Positions 27,926-40,547 of a DNA stretch of 64,000 nucleotides are shown in pieces. Location: positions 70,432,001 through 70,496,000 of the forward strand of contig OZ024743.1 of NCBI GenBank assembly GCA_964016885.1, given 5' to 3'. Source of the stretch: Eledone cirrhosa. Lineage: Eukaryota. Numbering within the stretch: the stretch's first letter is position 1; each line of letters opens with the position of its first letter. The notes below the pieces were generated by a model. It did no database searches and was not told where the DNA came from. It saw only the letters and a list, made by a program, of their open reading frames with translations. A program made the position numbers and the translations under genes.

Positions 27926-27964
27926 AGGCGACGTGCGGACACCCTGTGTATGTGTGTGTGTGAG

Positions 27965-27995
<31 letters not shown>

Positions 27996-28110
27996 ATAGA
28001 TATATATATAAATATTTATATTGACGAATTCTATTTGTTTGGTTCGTTAAAATTAATGTTTATACACACATTTTATAAATATATATATATTAGATGCATA
28101 TAATAATAAT

Positions 28111-28740
28111 AATTGTTTCTACTTTTGGCACAAGGCCAGCAATTATCCCAGTACATTATGGTACTTTGTTTTATCGACCCCGTAAGGATGAAAGGCAAAG
28201 TGAACCTCGGCGGGATTTGAACTCAGACTATAAAGGAGCGTAACTCTATGCTGCAAAGCATGGAGTCCGACCTACCGATACTGCCAATCCCCCGCCATAT
28301 ATATAATGTGAGTGTGTGTATGAAAATACAACATATATATATATATATAAATTTTAAACGATTGTCAACCCTCTTAAAGCCCCCTCAAGCCAGTGCCAAA
28401 TGCTGATAACCTCTGTCAATCTCATCCATACTATTAGATCAAATCCCGGCGAAAGCAACTCTATCTTTCACCCTTCTAAGGTCGATAAAATAAAGCACCG
28501 TTTACGTACTGTGCATAATTTAGTCAACTTTGCCCCCTCACCCCCAAATAAGCTGGTCCTGAGCCTAAATTAGATAGAGTTTCGGTCCTTTGCGGTCTGA
28601 GTTCAAATGCCGCCGAGGTTAACTTTGCCTTTCATCCTTACGGGATCGATAAATTAAAGTACCAGTAACGTACTGGGGTCGATTTAATTGACTCCTCCAT
28701 CCCAAATTACTGGCCTTGTGCCTATACTAGATATCAATAT
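28111..28740. mobile_element. SINE family A cluster (one minus, two plus partial copies)
   Basis: Consensus match. Confidence 0.8.
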
Positions 28741-29117
28741 TGTATGTAGTCTCTTATAGCTTAGTTTCCTTTCTTATCCATTCACAAGATATAATATCCT
28801 AATGATCTTTAACATGCACGTTTCTATATATTTTAACTGGCTTTGAGCTCATGTTCTGGGATTTTTTTTTGTTTTTATTTCTTTATTTTTGTTTGTTTCG
28901 TTGTTGTTTGTGTTTTTGTTTTCTTGTTGTTTGTCTTTGACCATGTCTCAGCTGTCCATAAGTCATTGATTGTCAATCTGATTCACATAAACTGGAAGGT
29001 AGAGTAAATGAACCGAACATGGCTGGAATAAAATATAATATAAAGAAAACAGAAACCAGTTTCAACATGCGAGTATGAAGTAATGTTATTAAAGACAATC
29101 GTGATACAGATATATAT

Positions 29118-29540
29118 ACATTGGACATCTGGTAGTGGTAAGATACAGGGACACTGGACATCTGGTAGTAGTGAGATACAGATACATTGAACATCTGGTA
29201 GTGGTGATATACAGGGACATTGGACATCTGGTAAGTGAAATACAGGGATATTGGACATCTGGTAGTGGTGAAATACAGGAACATTGGACATCTGGTGGTG
29301 GTGAGATACAGGGACACTGGACATCTGGTAGTGGTGAGATATAGATACATTGGACATCTGGTGCTGGTGATATAGAGGGACATTGGACATCTGGTAGGTG
29401 AAATACAGGGATATTAGACATCTGGTAGTGGTGAGATACAAGGATATTAGACAACTGGTGGTGGTACGATAGAGGGACATTGGACATCTGGTAGTGGTGA
29501 AATACAGGGAATTTGGACATCTGGTAGGTGAAATATAGGG
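29118..29540. repeat. minisatellite, about 13 x 29-33 bp
   Basis: Unit CATTGGACATCTGGTAGTGGTGAGATACAGGGA. Confidence 0.92.
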
Positions 29541-29592
29541 AAATGGAGGATGAAGTAGAGGGGGCGCCTCACAAGTGTGTGTGATGGGCGCA

Positions 29593-30231
29593 CCTATATA
29601 TATAAAACTAAGGATGTCTGTGTGTGTGTGTGTGTGTGTGAGTTTGAATCCTAAAACTCGAGAAGTACCCAACCTATTTTTTTCAAACTTTACATGTGTA
29701 TTACTTGTTTCATGGAGTGTTATGCACATAAAATACAACTTTTTGATCCCCTACGGCCCGCATTAGGTGAAAAACTACGTTTTTTCAGCTTTCTATGTTT
29801 TTTTTTAGCCGTTACGTAAGACCGATTTCCTTGAAATTGTAACTATGTATTAGACAATCTCTTCTTCATGCTGTGAGCAAAGAAAATTCAACTTTTGTAT
29901 GGCCTAGGTCCCGCATTAGGTGAAAAACTTCATTTTTTCAGCTTTGTAGGGCTTTTTGGAGGCGTTACGTTTAGCCGATTTTCCCGAAATTTCAAGGCAT
30001 ATTATGCACATAAAAAAAATTATTTTCTTGATCTACTAGGGCCCGCATTAGGTGAAAATCTGCATTTTTCCTGCTTCATCGAGGAATATCTTAAAGATTA
30101 TCCAGCCATCAGAGTATTCGGTTTATTTTCTTTACATATTGTCCAGGCATGCAGTTTTTCCGCGATTAGATCGGTTGGCGGCCCGCGTTCCAAAATACCT
30201 TATCCCGTTCAACGCCGGGTACCACTGCTAG
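29593..30231 (+). mobile_element. non-autonomous Helitron
   Basis: 5' CTATATATATAAAACT followed by (TG)n; 3' CCCG..CGGG hairpin then CTAG|T; same type of 3' end at 40125-40152. Confidence 0.7.
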
Positions 30232-30425
30232 TGCTAAATAAAATGACATCATGAAAAGTATGATGCAACTATGCTTGAAACATAAAGATTAACTATATAT
30301 ATACATGTACAAGGGCCTGAAGAAAGGTCACTAATTTGAGGCCTCTTGTATTCTGGAGGTATGGTCAATTTGGGGCATTCAAACAGTGGGTAGCGTTTTT
30401 GCTCTCTCTATGAATATAATAAAAT

Positions 30426-30507
<82 letters not shown>

Positions 30508-30510
<3 letters not shown>

Positions 30511-30731
30511 CTTATGTAATAAACATTATAAGACAATTATTCCATATACCAGAGGTTTCACGAAGACACACGAGCTCAGCAGAGACATCTGAAATCGCTC
30601 ACGCTCGTCTGTTTTCGTGAAACCTCTAGTAAATGGAATAATTGTCTTATATTGTTTATTACATAATTAAATAGTTCTGTAGCATACATAGAGCCCTCTC
30701 CTTTCCTTTACACTTCCTACGGAAATACTTC
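30508..30731 (+). mobile_element. fold-back PLE pLTR-type element with 5'-truncated hammerhead halves
   Basis: Arms match 11730-11815; GAAACCTCTAGTAAATGG. Confidence 0.7.
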
Positions 30732-30749
30732 ACACACGCACACACACAC

Positions 30750-30808
<59 letters not shown>

Positions 30809-30810
<2 letters not shown>

Positions 30811-31005
30811 AAAAGAGCCAGGACCCCAACGGCTGAGCTCCGGCCGTTTCGACAGCTAGATCTGAATTCGGATCTAGCTTCGAAACGGCCGGAGCTCAGC
30901 CGTCGGGGTCCTCACTCTTTTCCTATTACGCACTCTACTACCCTGAGTATCGAGTACTCCGGTGCGTTATGGTCCACCTGGTTTTCTTACCATACTATCT
31001 TTGCT

Positions 31006-31006
<1 letters not shown>
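30809..31006 (+). mobile_element. fold-back short element centred on GAATTC (about 30865-30870)
   Basis: Near-perfect palindrome about 30809-30920, followed by a GAGTACTC box. Confidence 0.7.
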
Positions 31007-31036
<30 letters not shown>

Positions 31037-31644
31037 ATTATATTCATAGAGAGAGCAAAAACGCCACCAACTGTTTAAATGCCCCAATTTGACCATACCT
31101 CCAGAGTACAAGAGGCCTCAAATTAGTGACCTTTCTTCAGGCCCTTGTACAAGTATATATATAGTTATTCTTTATGTTTCAAGCATAGTTGCATCATACT
31201 TTTCCTCATGTCATTTTATTTAGCACTAGCAGTGGTACCCGGCGTTGCACGGGAGGTATTTTGGAACGCGGGCCGCCAACAGACCTAATCGCGGAAAAAC
31301 TGCATATTTGATGAAGGTCATGTTATAATATTGCCAGAAATATATAACTATGTTTGTTTCATATCAAAAACATTTCAAAGCTTTTATATATTAACATAGT
31401 TATATACATATATTAACATAGTTATATATTTCTGGCAATATTATAACATGACCTTCCCCAAATATAACAATATTTCTAGTTGCAAATCCCATGGTCGTTC
31501 GTGACCAAAGGGGGTTTTACCCTTATATATATATGTGTGTGTGTGTGTGTTCCAGGTTCAATCAGGGGTAACCACAGTTAGTACGATGAGTCCTTCGAAT
31601 GAGACAGTTCTAGTGCTATAGAGGCCATTATATATATAATACGT

Positions 31645-32025
31645 GGTGGTGGATTAACAGTGTCGGTAGAGGGTCTGGCGCCATGCTTTGCAGCAAAGAG
31701 TTACGGCCCTTTATTGTCTGAGTTGAAATCCCACCGGGGTTAACTTTGCCTTTCATCCTTACGTGGCTGATAAAATAAAGTACCAGTAATACACTGTGAT
31801 AATTGCTGGCCTTGTGCCAAAAGTAGAAATATATATATATAATTGTTTCTACTTTTGGCACAAGGCAGCAATTACCCAGTGCATGACTGGTACTTTATTT
31901 TATCTACTCCGTAAGGATGAAAGGCAAAGTTAACCACGGAGGGATTTGAATTCAGAATAGTAAGGGCCATAACTCTATGCGTCAAAGCATGGCGTCCGGC
32001 CGTCTACCGATACTGGCAATCCACC
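31645..32025. mobile_element. two SINE family A copies tail-to-tail
   Basis: Plus copy 31645-31830, minus copy 31841-32025. Confidence 0.85.
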
Positions 32026-32600
32026 GTATATAATGCGTATAAGTTCAGTTGGTGTACAATATTGGTTTGTAGGCGACACAATTGACCCCACCATTCCAAC
32101 CACTAACACTCGCTATCTTCATCTTGATATGTCGCAACAGACTTGTAATCTAGATCAGATAAACGATGTGGTGGTGATGGTGGTGGTGGTGGCTGGTGGT
32201 GGTGGTGTTGGTGGTGGTGTTGGTGGTGTTGTTGTTGTTGTTGGTGGTGGTGGTGGCGATGGTGGTGATCGTGGTGGTGGTGGTGGTGGTGGTGGTGGTG
32301 GTGGTGGTGGTGGTGGTGGTGGTGTTGGTGGTGTTGTTGTTGTTGGTGGTGGTGGTGGCGATGGTGGTGATCGTGGTGGTGGTGGTGGTGGTGGTGGAGA
32401 TGAAGCTACTACTTTAATGTATGTTTATACAGTTTACAATTTCCCATTACATATGTGTGGAATGCGACTCTTCAAATCCAGTGTCATTTTAATCACGAAT
32501 AAACAAAGCAATTATTGGTCCACAACAAAAATACCTTAGACTTTAATACTGATATAATATATGGGTGTATCTCTCTCTCTCTCCCTATCTCCCTCTCTCC

Positions 32601-32631
<31 letters not shown>

Positions 32632-32778
32632 CCTCCCTCCCTTTCTCCCTCTCGCGCTCTCGCTCTCTCCACAGACCCACACATACATACACGTTTATGT
32701 ATTTATATATATATATATACATTCATGTATATATGTATATATGTATATATATATATATATATGTACACATATATATAT

Positions 32779-33236
32779 GATGGCTGCCCCCTCGTTATCG
32801 AGCATGGCCATTGCACGATATACCATTATTAATAATTATTAATTAATTCTATCGTGCAATGCCTATGCGTGAAGATATTTATTTTAAGTGAGGAAAAACT
32901 GTGCACTGAGCCATTCTTACTTTCTGAGCGACAGTAGCTATAATCTGAAAAGAAGTAAAGATCAACATCATGGGTAACTACTGAGCCACAGGTTTTATGT
33001 CGGAGTTATCCCAGTTTCCTGAGTTGCCTTCTTCTAGAAGAATGCTCTGACAAAAGCTAGAGGTCCTTCATTCCCAGTGGTTTAACCGCGTGATCGGGTA
33101 TCCAGCCCGACTATTTCTATGTCCCCGCGCATATACATGCATATACATATATACATATACATACTCATGCATACATGTATATACATATTTACACATTGTT
33201 GGATGGCCGTTGACTCTTATGTTCTTCCGCCCTTTG

Positions 33237-33237
<1 letters not shown>
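32779..33237 (-). mobile_element. truncated copy of the RTE-related non-coding element
   Basis: Aligns with 17616-18000. Confidence 0.65.
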
Positions 33238-33283
<46 letters not shown>

Positions 33284-33487
33284 GTGTGTGTGTGCGTGTG
33301 TGTGTGCGTGTGTGTGTGTGTGTGTGTGCATATATGTATGTTTATCTATCATGTGTGTGTGTGCATTCAATGAATTACTAGTGGTGGTACCAAACGAGTA
33401 ATCGATTCACCGGCAGAGTGTATATATTTAAAAAAACAATGAAGTTTCGGTCGATACACAATAAAAAACTATATACATGTAAACATG

Positions 33488-33552
<65 letters not shown>

Positions 33553-33564
33553 ATATATATATAT

Positions 33565-33860
<296 letters not shown>

Positions 33861-33940
33861 GGAGAGAGAGAGAGAGAGAGAGCGCGAGAGAGAGAGAGAG
33901 AGATAAATACATATATACGTACATCTATATATTTATATAA

Positions 33941-33990
<50 letters not shown>

Positions 33991-34468
33991 ATGTGTTTAC
34001 ATAATTGTCTGCGTATAAACATCTGTATCTATGTGGGTATGTTAGTATGTAGGAAGGTATATATCTTTCGTTTTTTTTACTTGAATTCTTCCTTTGAGGA
34101 GACGAAGCTCCGTTGCTGGTATTTGAGAAGAAAATATTCAGTGAGACATGTTGAAGTATGAAGAGTGTTTCCCGTCAAGGTCTTTCTTGAGTTATGCTAA
34201 ATCAGCAACTGTGATAAAGACAAGATATTTACAAATGTTTGTCATGGGTGTGAATACTGCTATCATATATCAGGTCACATTTAGACCGTACTGTTATCAT
34301 GTAACCCAGTAGAAGATGTTGCATGGTCGCGTCCTCGGCGATTAAAGTCGAAGCCATAACAAGTTTACTTGGTGAAGAGGGGTATTTTTAAAGATAGCGA
34401 GATAGAAAACAAAACAAAAAATCAAAGTCTGCACAGGAATTCATGAGTGTAATTGGTCATCCAACAGC

Positions 34469-34505
<37 letters not shown>

Positions 34506-34778
34506 TAAATCTACCAAAAGTTTACGGTAGTGTCCAATCCGTATGAAGAACTCAATGTAATCCGGATATCATGAAAAGAGAAGATGCATTCAAAAACTAC
34601 TTTCGGTGAAAAATAAACGGAAAACAGAGTCAAGATAAATTAATAAAATAATAAATAAAAGGTTCTTCTACTACTATATTACTATCCTGACCCTCACTAT
34701 CTCTCTATTGGTCAATTCAAAACCTGTTCCCAAACAGACCTATTGTATTGAATCTTTGTTTTTTTCAATAAACAAATA

Positions 34779-35120
34779 TCATTATTTCTGAAGACAGGCG
34801 GTGGATTGGCAGTATCGGTAGAGGGTCGGACGCCATGCTTTCCAGCATAGTTACGTCCCTTTACGATCTGAGTTCAAATCCCGCCGAGGTTGACTTTGCC
34901 TTTCATCCTTACGGGGTCGATAAAATAAAGTACCAGTAATGTACTGGATAATTGCTGGCCTTGTGCCTAAAGTAGAAACAATTGTTTCTGAAGACAGCAT
35001 ATATATGTGTAGGTATGTATATTCCCTCTGATAGTTTGTATAAATATTGTACATAGATCTATAGAATATGCATACCAACTCTAACACATATATATCCTAG
35101 AAACGATCGTAAAATGATGA
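34779..35120 (+). ncRNA. type I hammerhead with long stem II, split by a SINE
   Basis: Stem I TCATTATTT/AAATGATGA; CTGAAGA; GAAA-CGATCG-TA at 35100-35111. Confidence 0.7.
34798..34984 (+). mobile_element. full-length SINE family A with 13-bp target-site duplication
   Basis: TTTCTGAAGACAG at 34785-34797 and 34985-34997. Confidence 0.92.
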
Positions 35121-35183
35121 ATTTTTTTAATATAAGGAACTGTTTCTTTGTTTATTCATTATTTTATTAATTTATATATATAT

Positions 35184-35243
<60 letters not shown>

Positions 35244-35256
35244 TTATATATATATA

Positions 35257-35485
35257 TAGAAGTAGTAACGCAACAGTTACTTCACCATACCGAGAACAAT
35301 TGTTTCACCTTATGCCGATCTTCAGCTCGGACTGAAGATCCGCATGAGATGAAACAATTGTTCTCGGTATGGTGAAGTAACTGTTGTGTTACTACTTCTA
35401 ACAAACTCGTCCCATTGACTGAGTGCTCTACTACTACGGATATTACCTTCCAGTGTTCTACCTTTATATCTCCTTATAATATATA
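35257..35485. mobile_element. fold-back element with head-to-head minimal hammerheads (35290-35330 minus; 35332-35367 plus)
   Basis: CCGAG-CTGAAGA-TC..GAAA-CAATTG-TT-CTCGG; palindrome 35257-35400; GAGTGCTC box at 35421. Confidence 0.78.
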
Positions 35486-35772
35486 ACCAGCAATTTCTCT
35501 GTCTGTCTGTCCGTCAGTGGAAACACGTGCGCGCGTGGTTGCTATCTCTCTCTCTCTCTCTCTCTCTCCAGCTATCCCTCTCTTTTAGTCCGTCTGTTTC
35601 TCTCACTCTCACTCTTTCTCTTTGTAACACACTAACATTCCTCCCCTCTATCGCTGTGACGAATGGGAAGATGGAGGAGGAAGTGGAGGAGGAGGAGGAG
35701 AGAGTCACTTTGTCACTTCACCTCTGCTTTTCTTTCTCTCCCCTCTCACTCCCTCATTACGTACAGACATTA

Positions 35773-35965
35773 GGGCGGTGGATTGGCAGAATCTGTAGAG
35801 AGTCGGATATCATGCTTCATAACATGGAGTTTTGTCCCTTTACGGTCTGAGTTCAAATACCGCCCAGGTTAACTTTGCCTTTCATCCTCACGGGGTCGAT
35901 AAAATAAAGTACCAGTAATGTACTGGGTAATTGCTGCCCTTGTGCCAAAAGTAGAAACAATTATT
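35773..35965 (+). mobile_element. SINE family A
   Basis: Consensus match. Confidence 0.85.
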
Positions 35966-36183
35966 AGAAACATTGCTTCATTTTTACATATCTAAGCATT
36001 AGTAAAATAACTAATAATTTCAAAAGTAATTTTTCAATTCAAATTGTTATGAACAGCAAAACATTAATAATAATTTTGTTCTAAGAAATATATATACATT
36101 TCTGTGTGTGTAATATATATATATAAACACACAGAAATATATATATATACACACAGAAATATATATACATTTCTGTGTGTGTA

Positions 36184-36220
<37 letters not shown>

Positions 36221-36246
36221 GAAATATATATACATTTCTGTGTGTG

Positions 36247-36300
<54 letters not shown>

Positions 36301-36323
36301 GCACAGAAATATATGGGCATTTC

Positions 36324-36357
<34 letters not shown>

Positions 36358-36826
36358 CTTCCCTAAAACTCAGATGTAGGTGCTACAGAAATATTACCTT
36401 CCCCTTCCTTTCTCCACTTTGGTACTATCAAGAGAAACACTGTCGCTATAGAAACATTACCTTCCCCTCTCCACTGACTTTGGTCACTGAGGCCGAGGGA
36501 ATCGCTGGTTGCTATAGAGACACCTTGCACAAGCCAGAAGTAACCAGTTCGAGGCGGTTCTGACTTGACACCATGCCAAGGACCATTTGAAGTTATATTT
36601 CCATCGTTATATCATAACGTTTATGTATCATAACGTTTATATTTCCGTCACTAATCTCTTTTTCTCCTTTTTCGTTTTAACGTATATTTATTTCAAAGAT
36701 TTCACCGTATAGATAACATATATATTTATACATGCATAAAAGACACACTGAGAGACGGTGAACATGTGGTGCCGAAAACATTTCTCATCCAAATCTCAAC
36801 AATATCAGTATATACACTAGATTTGC

Positions 36827-37030
36827 TAGCAGAAAACCGCCCACCAAGTGGTTTTCTGCTAGTCTATATATATAAAACTGGTGTTGTCTGTGTGTCCTCA
36901 TTTTTGCAAAGTCTATACAAATCCACATTTCTACTCCGATTGACTTCAAACTTGCATTTATATATTCCTTGTGGTCTAAAGATATTAACTTTCGCTTTTC
37001 TTTTTCAATTTTCTGTTGTTAAAGGGTGTT
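36827..37030 (+). mobile_element. Helitron 3' end (CTAG at 36862) abutting a second Helitron 5' end (TC at 36863)
   Basis: CTAGCAGAAAACC..GGTTTTCTGCTAG|TCTATATATATAAAACT. Confidence 0.65.
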
Positions 37031-37161
37031 AGGCGCCGGTTATCGATCTCCGTCACGTTCTCATAATATCTGTCTGTATGCCTCGCTGTCTGCATAACGT
37101 CATTGCTGACGTATTATTTTCGCTACATTCACACACAGACGCGCGCGCGCGCACACGCACA

Positions 37162-37201
<40 letters not shown>

Positions 37202-37359
37202 TACTTATATATACATATATATACACACACATATATACACATATACATACATATATATATATATATATACAAACACATACACATATATAGATATACACAT
37301 ATACACATATATAAATATACACATAAAAATATATGTATATATATATACACACACATATA

Positions 37360-37419
<60 letters not shown>

Positions 37420-37480
37420 CATACACACATATATATATATGCATACATACACACACACATATATATATATGTGTATCTGT

Positions 37481-37755
37481 GTTCCCGTCTATCTACAAAC
37501 GAGGATATTTCAACTGATATCTGGAGTCTAAAAGACAACCACTCCCAATATAAGTTACACTGGGAGATCCTAGCTACGGCTAGATCGTATAACGGAAATA
37601 AAAGACCATGTGACCTCTGCGCCGCTGAGGCCCTGGAAATACTCTATGCCAAAGACCACAGATTAAACCAAAAATTTGAGACAATTTCGGCTTGTAAACA
37701 TAAATTGCACAAAACTTTCCTGTATTACAGCCGCACATTATGCCCTAACGGATAG
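37481..37755 (+). mobile_element. PLE GIY-YIG C-terminal fragment
   Basis: [46 protein letters not shown], homologous to 5997-6200. Confidence 0.8.
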
Positions 37756-38354
37756 TACGAACTATACGCGGATATTTTACGTCTTGATGTGGTAGCTAAG
37801 TATATGTCATATTTATACCATTACTTATTTGTATAGGTAAGTATATATTACTTGTATGTTTTGTGAAGGTACGTATACTTTCTCGTACGTTATTTGCTTG
37901 TATATGTTATGGCGTATATATTATATATACTGGTACATGTGCATATGGTTATGTGTATACGCGAGTTCTGCGTCTGAGTGAGTATGCGGGTTCGTACGTA
38001 TGTAGGGTGTGTGTATATGTGTACTTTGTGTTTTTGTTGACGTACGTCTGTGTACATATGTGTATTTACATGTAGATATGTGTGTGCGCGTTTATACGTA
38101 TTTATGTGTTTATATTAAGCACACACCCCACATATATATTTTTTTTTAATATATATTTTTATGTGTATTTTCTGTATACGTTCGTATGTGTGCGGGTACA
38201 GGCATTGCGTGGGCTCTATATGTGCGTGCGTGTTTTTGTTTGTTTGTTTTTTCTATGTGTACGTGCTTGTATTTGCATACCCATTGCGGGTGCTTTCGCG
38301 TATGCTTGTGTATGTACGTATATGGATGCGTGCATGTATATATTTAATTTCAAT

Positions 38355-38828
38355 TACCTCTGTAATTTATTTACTTTATTATTAAATCTGAAACCGAGAA
38401 TCATTCGGCTTCCTAAATAGAATTTTAGTCTACGATGTCAGTATATATCATATACGTGGTTTTGTCTTTGCGTGTAATTGTTCTCACTGCTCCACAAAAT
38501 GAGGTATTATCTTCGTGTTTTCCGTTCATTGCCAGAGAACGTCTCCACAACCTACCTAATAGAATATTAGTCTACGACTTCATTTATACCATAAACGTGG
38601 TTTTGTCTTTGCGTGTAATTGTTTTTACGCTCCATTTAATGACGTATTATCTTCGTTTTTATCCGTTCTTTGCCAGGGAACGTTTCCACGAACCAAAGTA
38701 TCGTCTTCCTGTATTCCTTCGGTTGCAACGTTTTTTGAAATATTTACTTCTGCGTTCAGAGATTGATTTTTTTTAATTTCAGAAGATCCCGTTAAGCAGC
38801 GATTCTTTGCTTAAACTTTAATCTGTTA

Positions 38829-38898
<70 letters not shown>

Positions 38899-39165
38899 TA
38901 CATTGTAGGTTGCTTTAACCCGTCTTTTATTATTCAAAAAACTTCTTGCCAATAAACATTAACCCTTTGTGCGCGATTCATCTAACTGTAGACCAACAAA
39001 TACCAAAAAAACGGAGCGTTGACAAGAACGATGGCGAATGAATGTTCGAGATAAGCAGTTTCCTCCCGAGCTGTTAGTTGACGCGGGATTCTCTGCTACA
39101 CCTTTTCGTAATAATACCGAACAACGTACTACTGGTCACTCCTTCCTCCAAAAGAGCCGTACAAA

Positions 39166-39242
<77 letters not shown>

Positions 39243-39600
39243 ATAAGAACAGATTAAAGTTTAAGCAAAGAATCGCTGCTTTCAACATTAACGGGATCTT
39301 CTGAAACTAAAAAATTTAATCTGTGAACGCAAAAGTAAGTATTTCGAGAAACGTTGCAACCAAAGGAAAACAGGGAGACGATATTTTGGTTCGTGAAGAC
39401 GTTCGCTGGTAATAAACGGAAAACAAGCGAGGATAATACGTCGTTATGTGGACTGAGAAGAACAATTTCATGCAAAGACAAGACCAAGTTTATGGTATAA
39501 ATGGAGTCGTTAGACTCATATTCTATTTAAAATAACCGAATAATTTCCAGCCCCGGAGTTTAAGAATGATGTAAATAAAATTGTAAACGAAAAGACAGAG
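38355..39600. repeat. diverged inverted pair of PLE 3' non-coding sequence (38355-38830 / 39241-39600)
   Basis: GCAGCGATTCTTTGCTTAAACTTTAATCTGTT and its reverse complement; related piece at about 3400-3470. Confidence 0.7.
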
Positions 39601-39739
39601 GTTATTAAAGTGAAAATTTAGGCCAGTACATACGTATGCGCCGACGGACATACACATACATATACATACGCACAGACAAATACATACACACACACAAACA
39701 CACACACACACACATACACACGCACGCACGCACGTGCGC

Positions 39740-40151
39740 GTGTGTGTAAGCCTTATGCATTTCTACAGTATTTTCACCAAACTTAACACATAGGTTACTT
39801 ATGTACTCCAGATGGTCATGGGCACTTTCATTTTTCCAGATATTGATTATAGGGCCTCCCGGCAGATAATCCCCTTCAACCGCTTCCTTGGAAGTGCAAT
39901 GCAACAAAACGTCATAACTTCTGGAGTTCGCAACCGATTTTCACAAAACTTGACACATGGGCTACGTTTGTTCTACAGATGAAAGTGAATTGGTACATAT
40001 TGAGTAGGGGACACCTGGGGGCAGGAAACCCCTTTGGGAAAAAGCCGATGATTTTGTAAAAGTATAGTTTTCGAAGCAGCACTGAAGTATTGACATAAAT
40101 GGTATACATAATTGCTTTTTAATACCCGAGCAACGCCGGGTACCTCTGCTA

Positions 40152-40152
<1 letters not shown>
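39740..40152 (+). mobile_element. non-autonomous Helitron 3' part
   Basis: CCCGAGCAACGCCGGGTACCTCTGCTAG|T; start approximate. Confidence 0.6.
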
Positions 40153-40195
<43 letters not shown>

Positions 40196-40351
40196 TATGG
40201 CTGTCTTCTCACAAGACAACAGTCTTTTTTACAGACAATCCCCAAGTCAAATTTTCATTTTTCACTTTTCAATTTTTCAACTTGCTATTCTCTTTCCCCT
40301 ATCTTCTACGATAAATATGGATTCTTCTTCACCTTGTTTTGTAATTCTGTC

Positions 40352-40432
40352 GAAGTTACCTGATGAGACCGTCCTATCTTCCATCATAAATGGGTGATGG
40401 AGCTGGACCATTGAAATATGTATAGTGATTTC
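40352..40432 (+). ncRNA. type I hammerhead ribozyme
   Basis: Stem I GAAGTTAC/GTGATTTC; CTGATGA 40360-40366; stem II GTCC..TCCATCA/TGATGGA..GGAC; GAAA 40413-40416; TATGTA-TA. Confidence 0.75.
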
Positions 40433-40496
40433 ACGGAATTAAAATTTGCAGCATGTCTTCCAGTCTGGACTTTTGTTGACGTTATATATATATACG

Positions 40497-40547
<51 letters not shown>

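Larger units (their letters stand above)
30149..31305. repeat. inverted duplication 30149-30430 / 31027-31305
   Basis: Arms of about 280 bp include a Helitron 3' end plus flank; the spacer is (TA)n plus two fold-back elements. Confidence 0.9.

Noticed and set aside
28973-29738. ORFs with TTTRCP / HHYQMS repeats
   Set aside because: Translations of a 33-bp minisatellite with frame-shifting 29-bp units
30879-30900. GAAACGGCCG as a complete hammerhead
   Set aside because: No CTGANGA strand in any of the five copies and no clear UH; kept only as a fold-back element
34798-34900. SINE heads as tRNA genes
   Set aside because: A/B boxes are present but there is no cloverleaf; they are dispersed SINE copies
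39270-39305. Minus strand CAGAAGA..GAAAGCAGC as a hammerhead
   Set aside because: Core mutated and no convincing stems I or II
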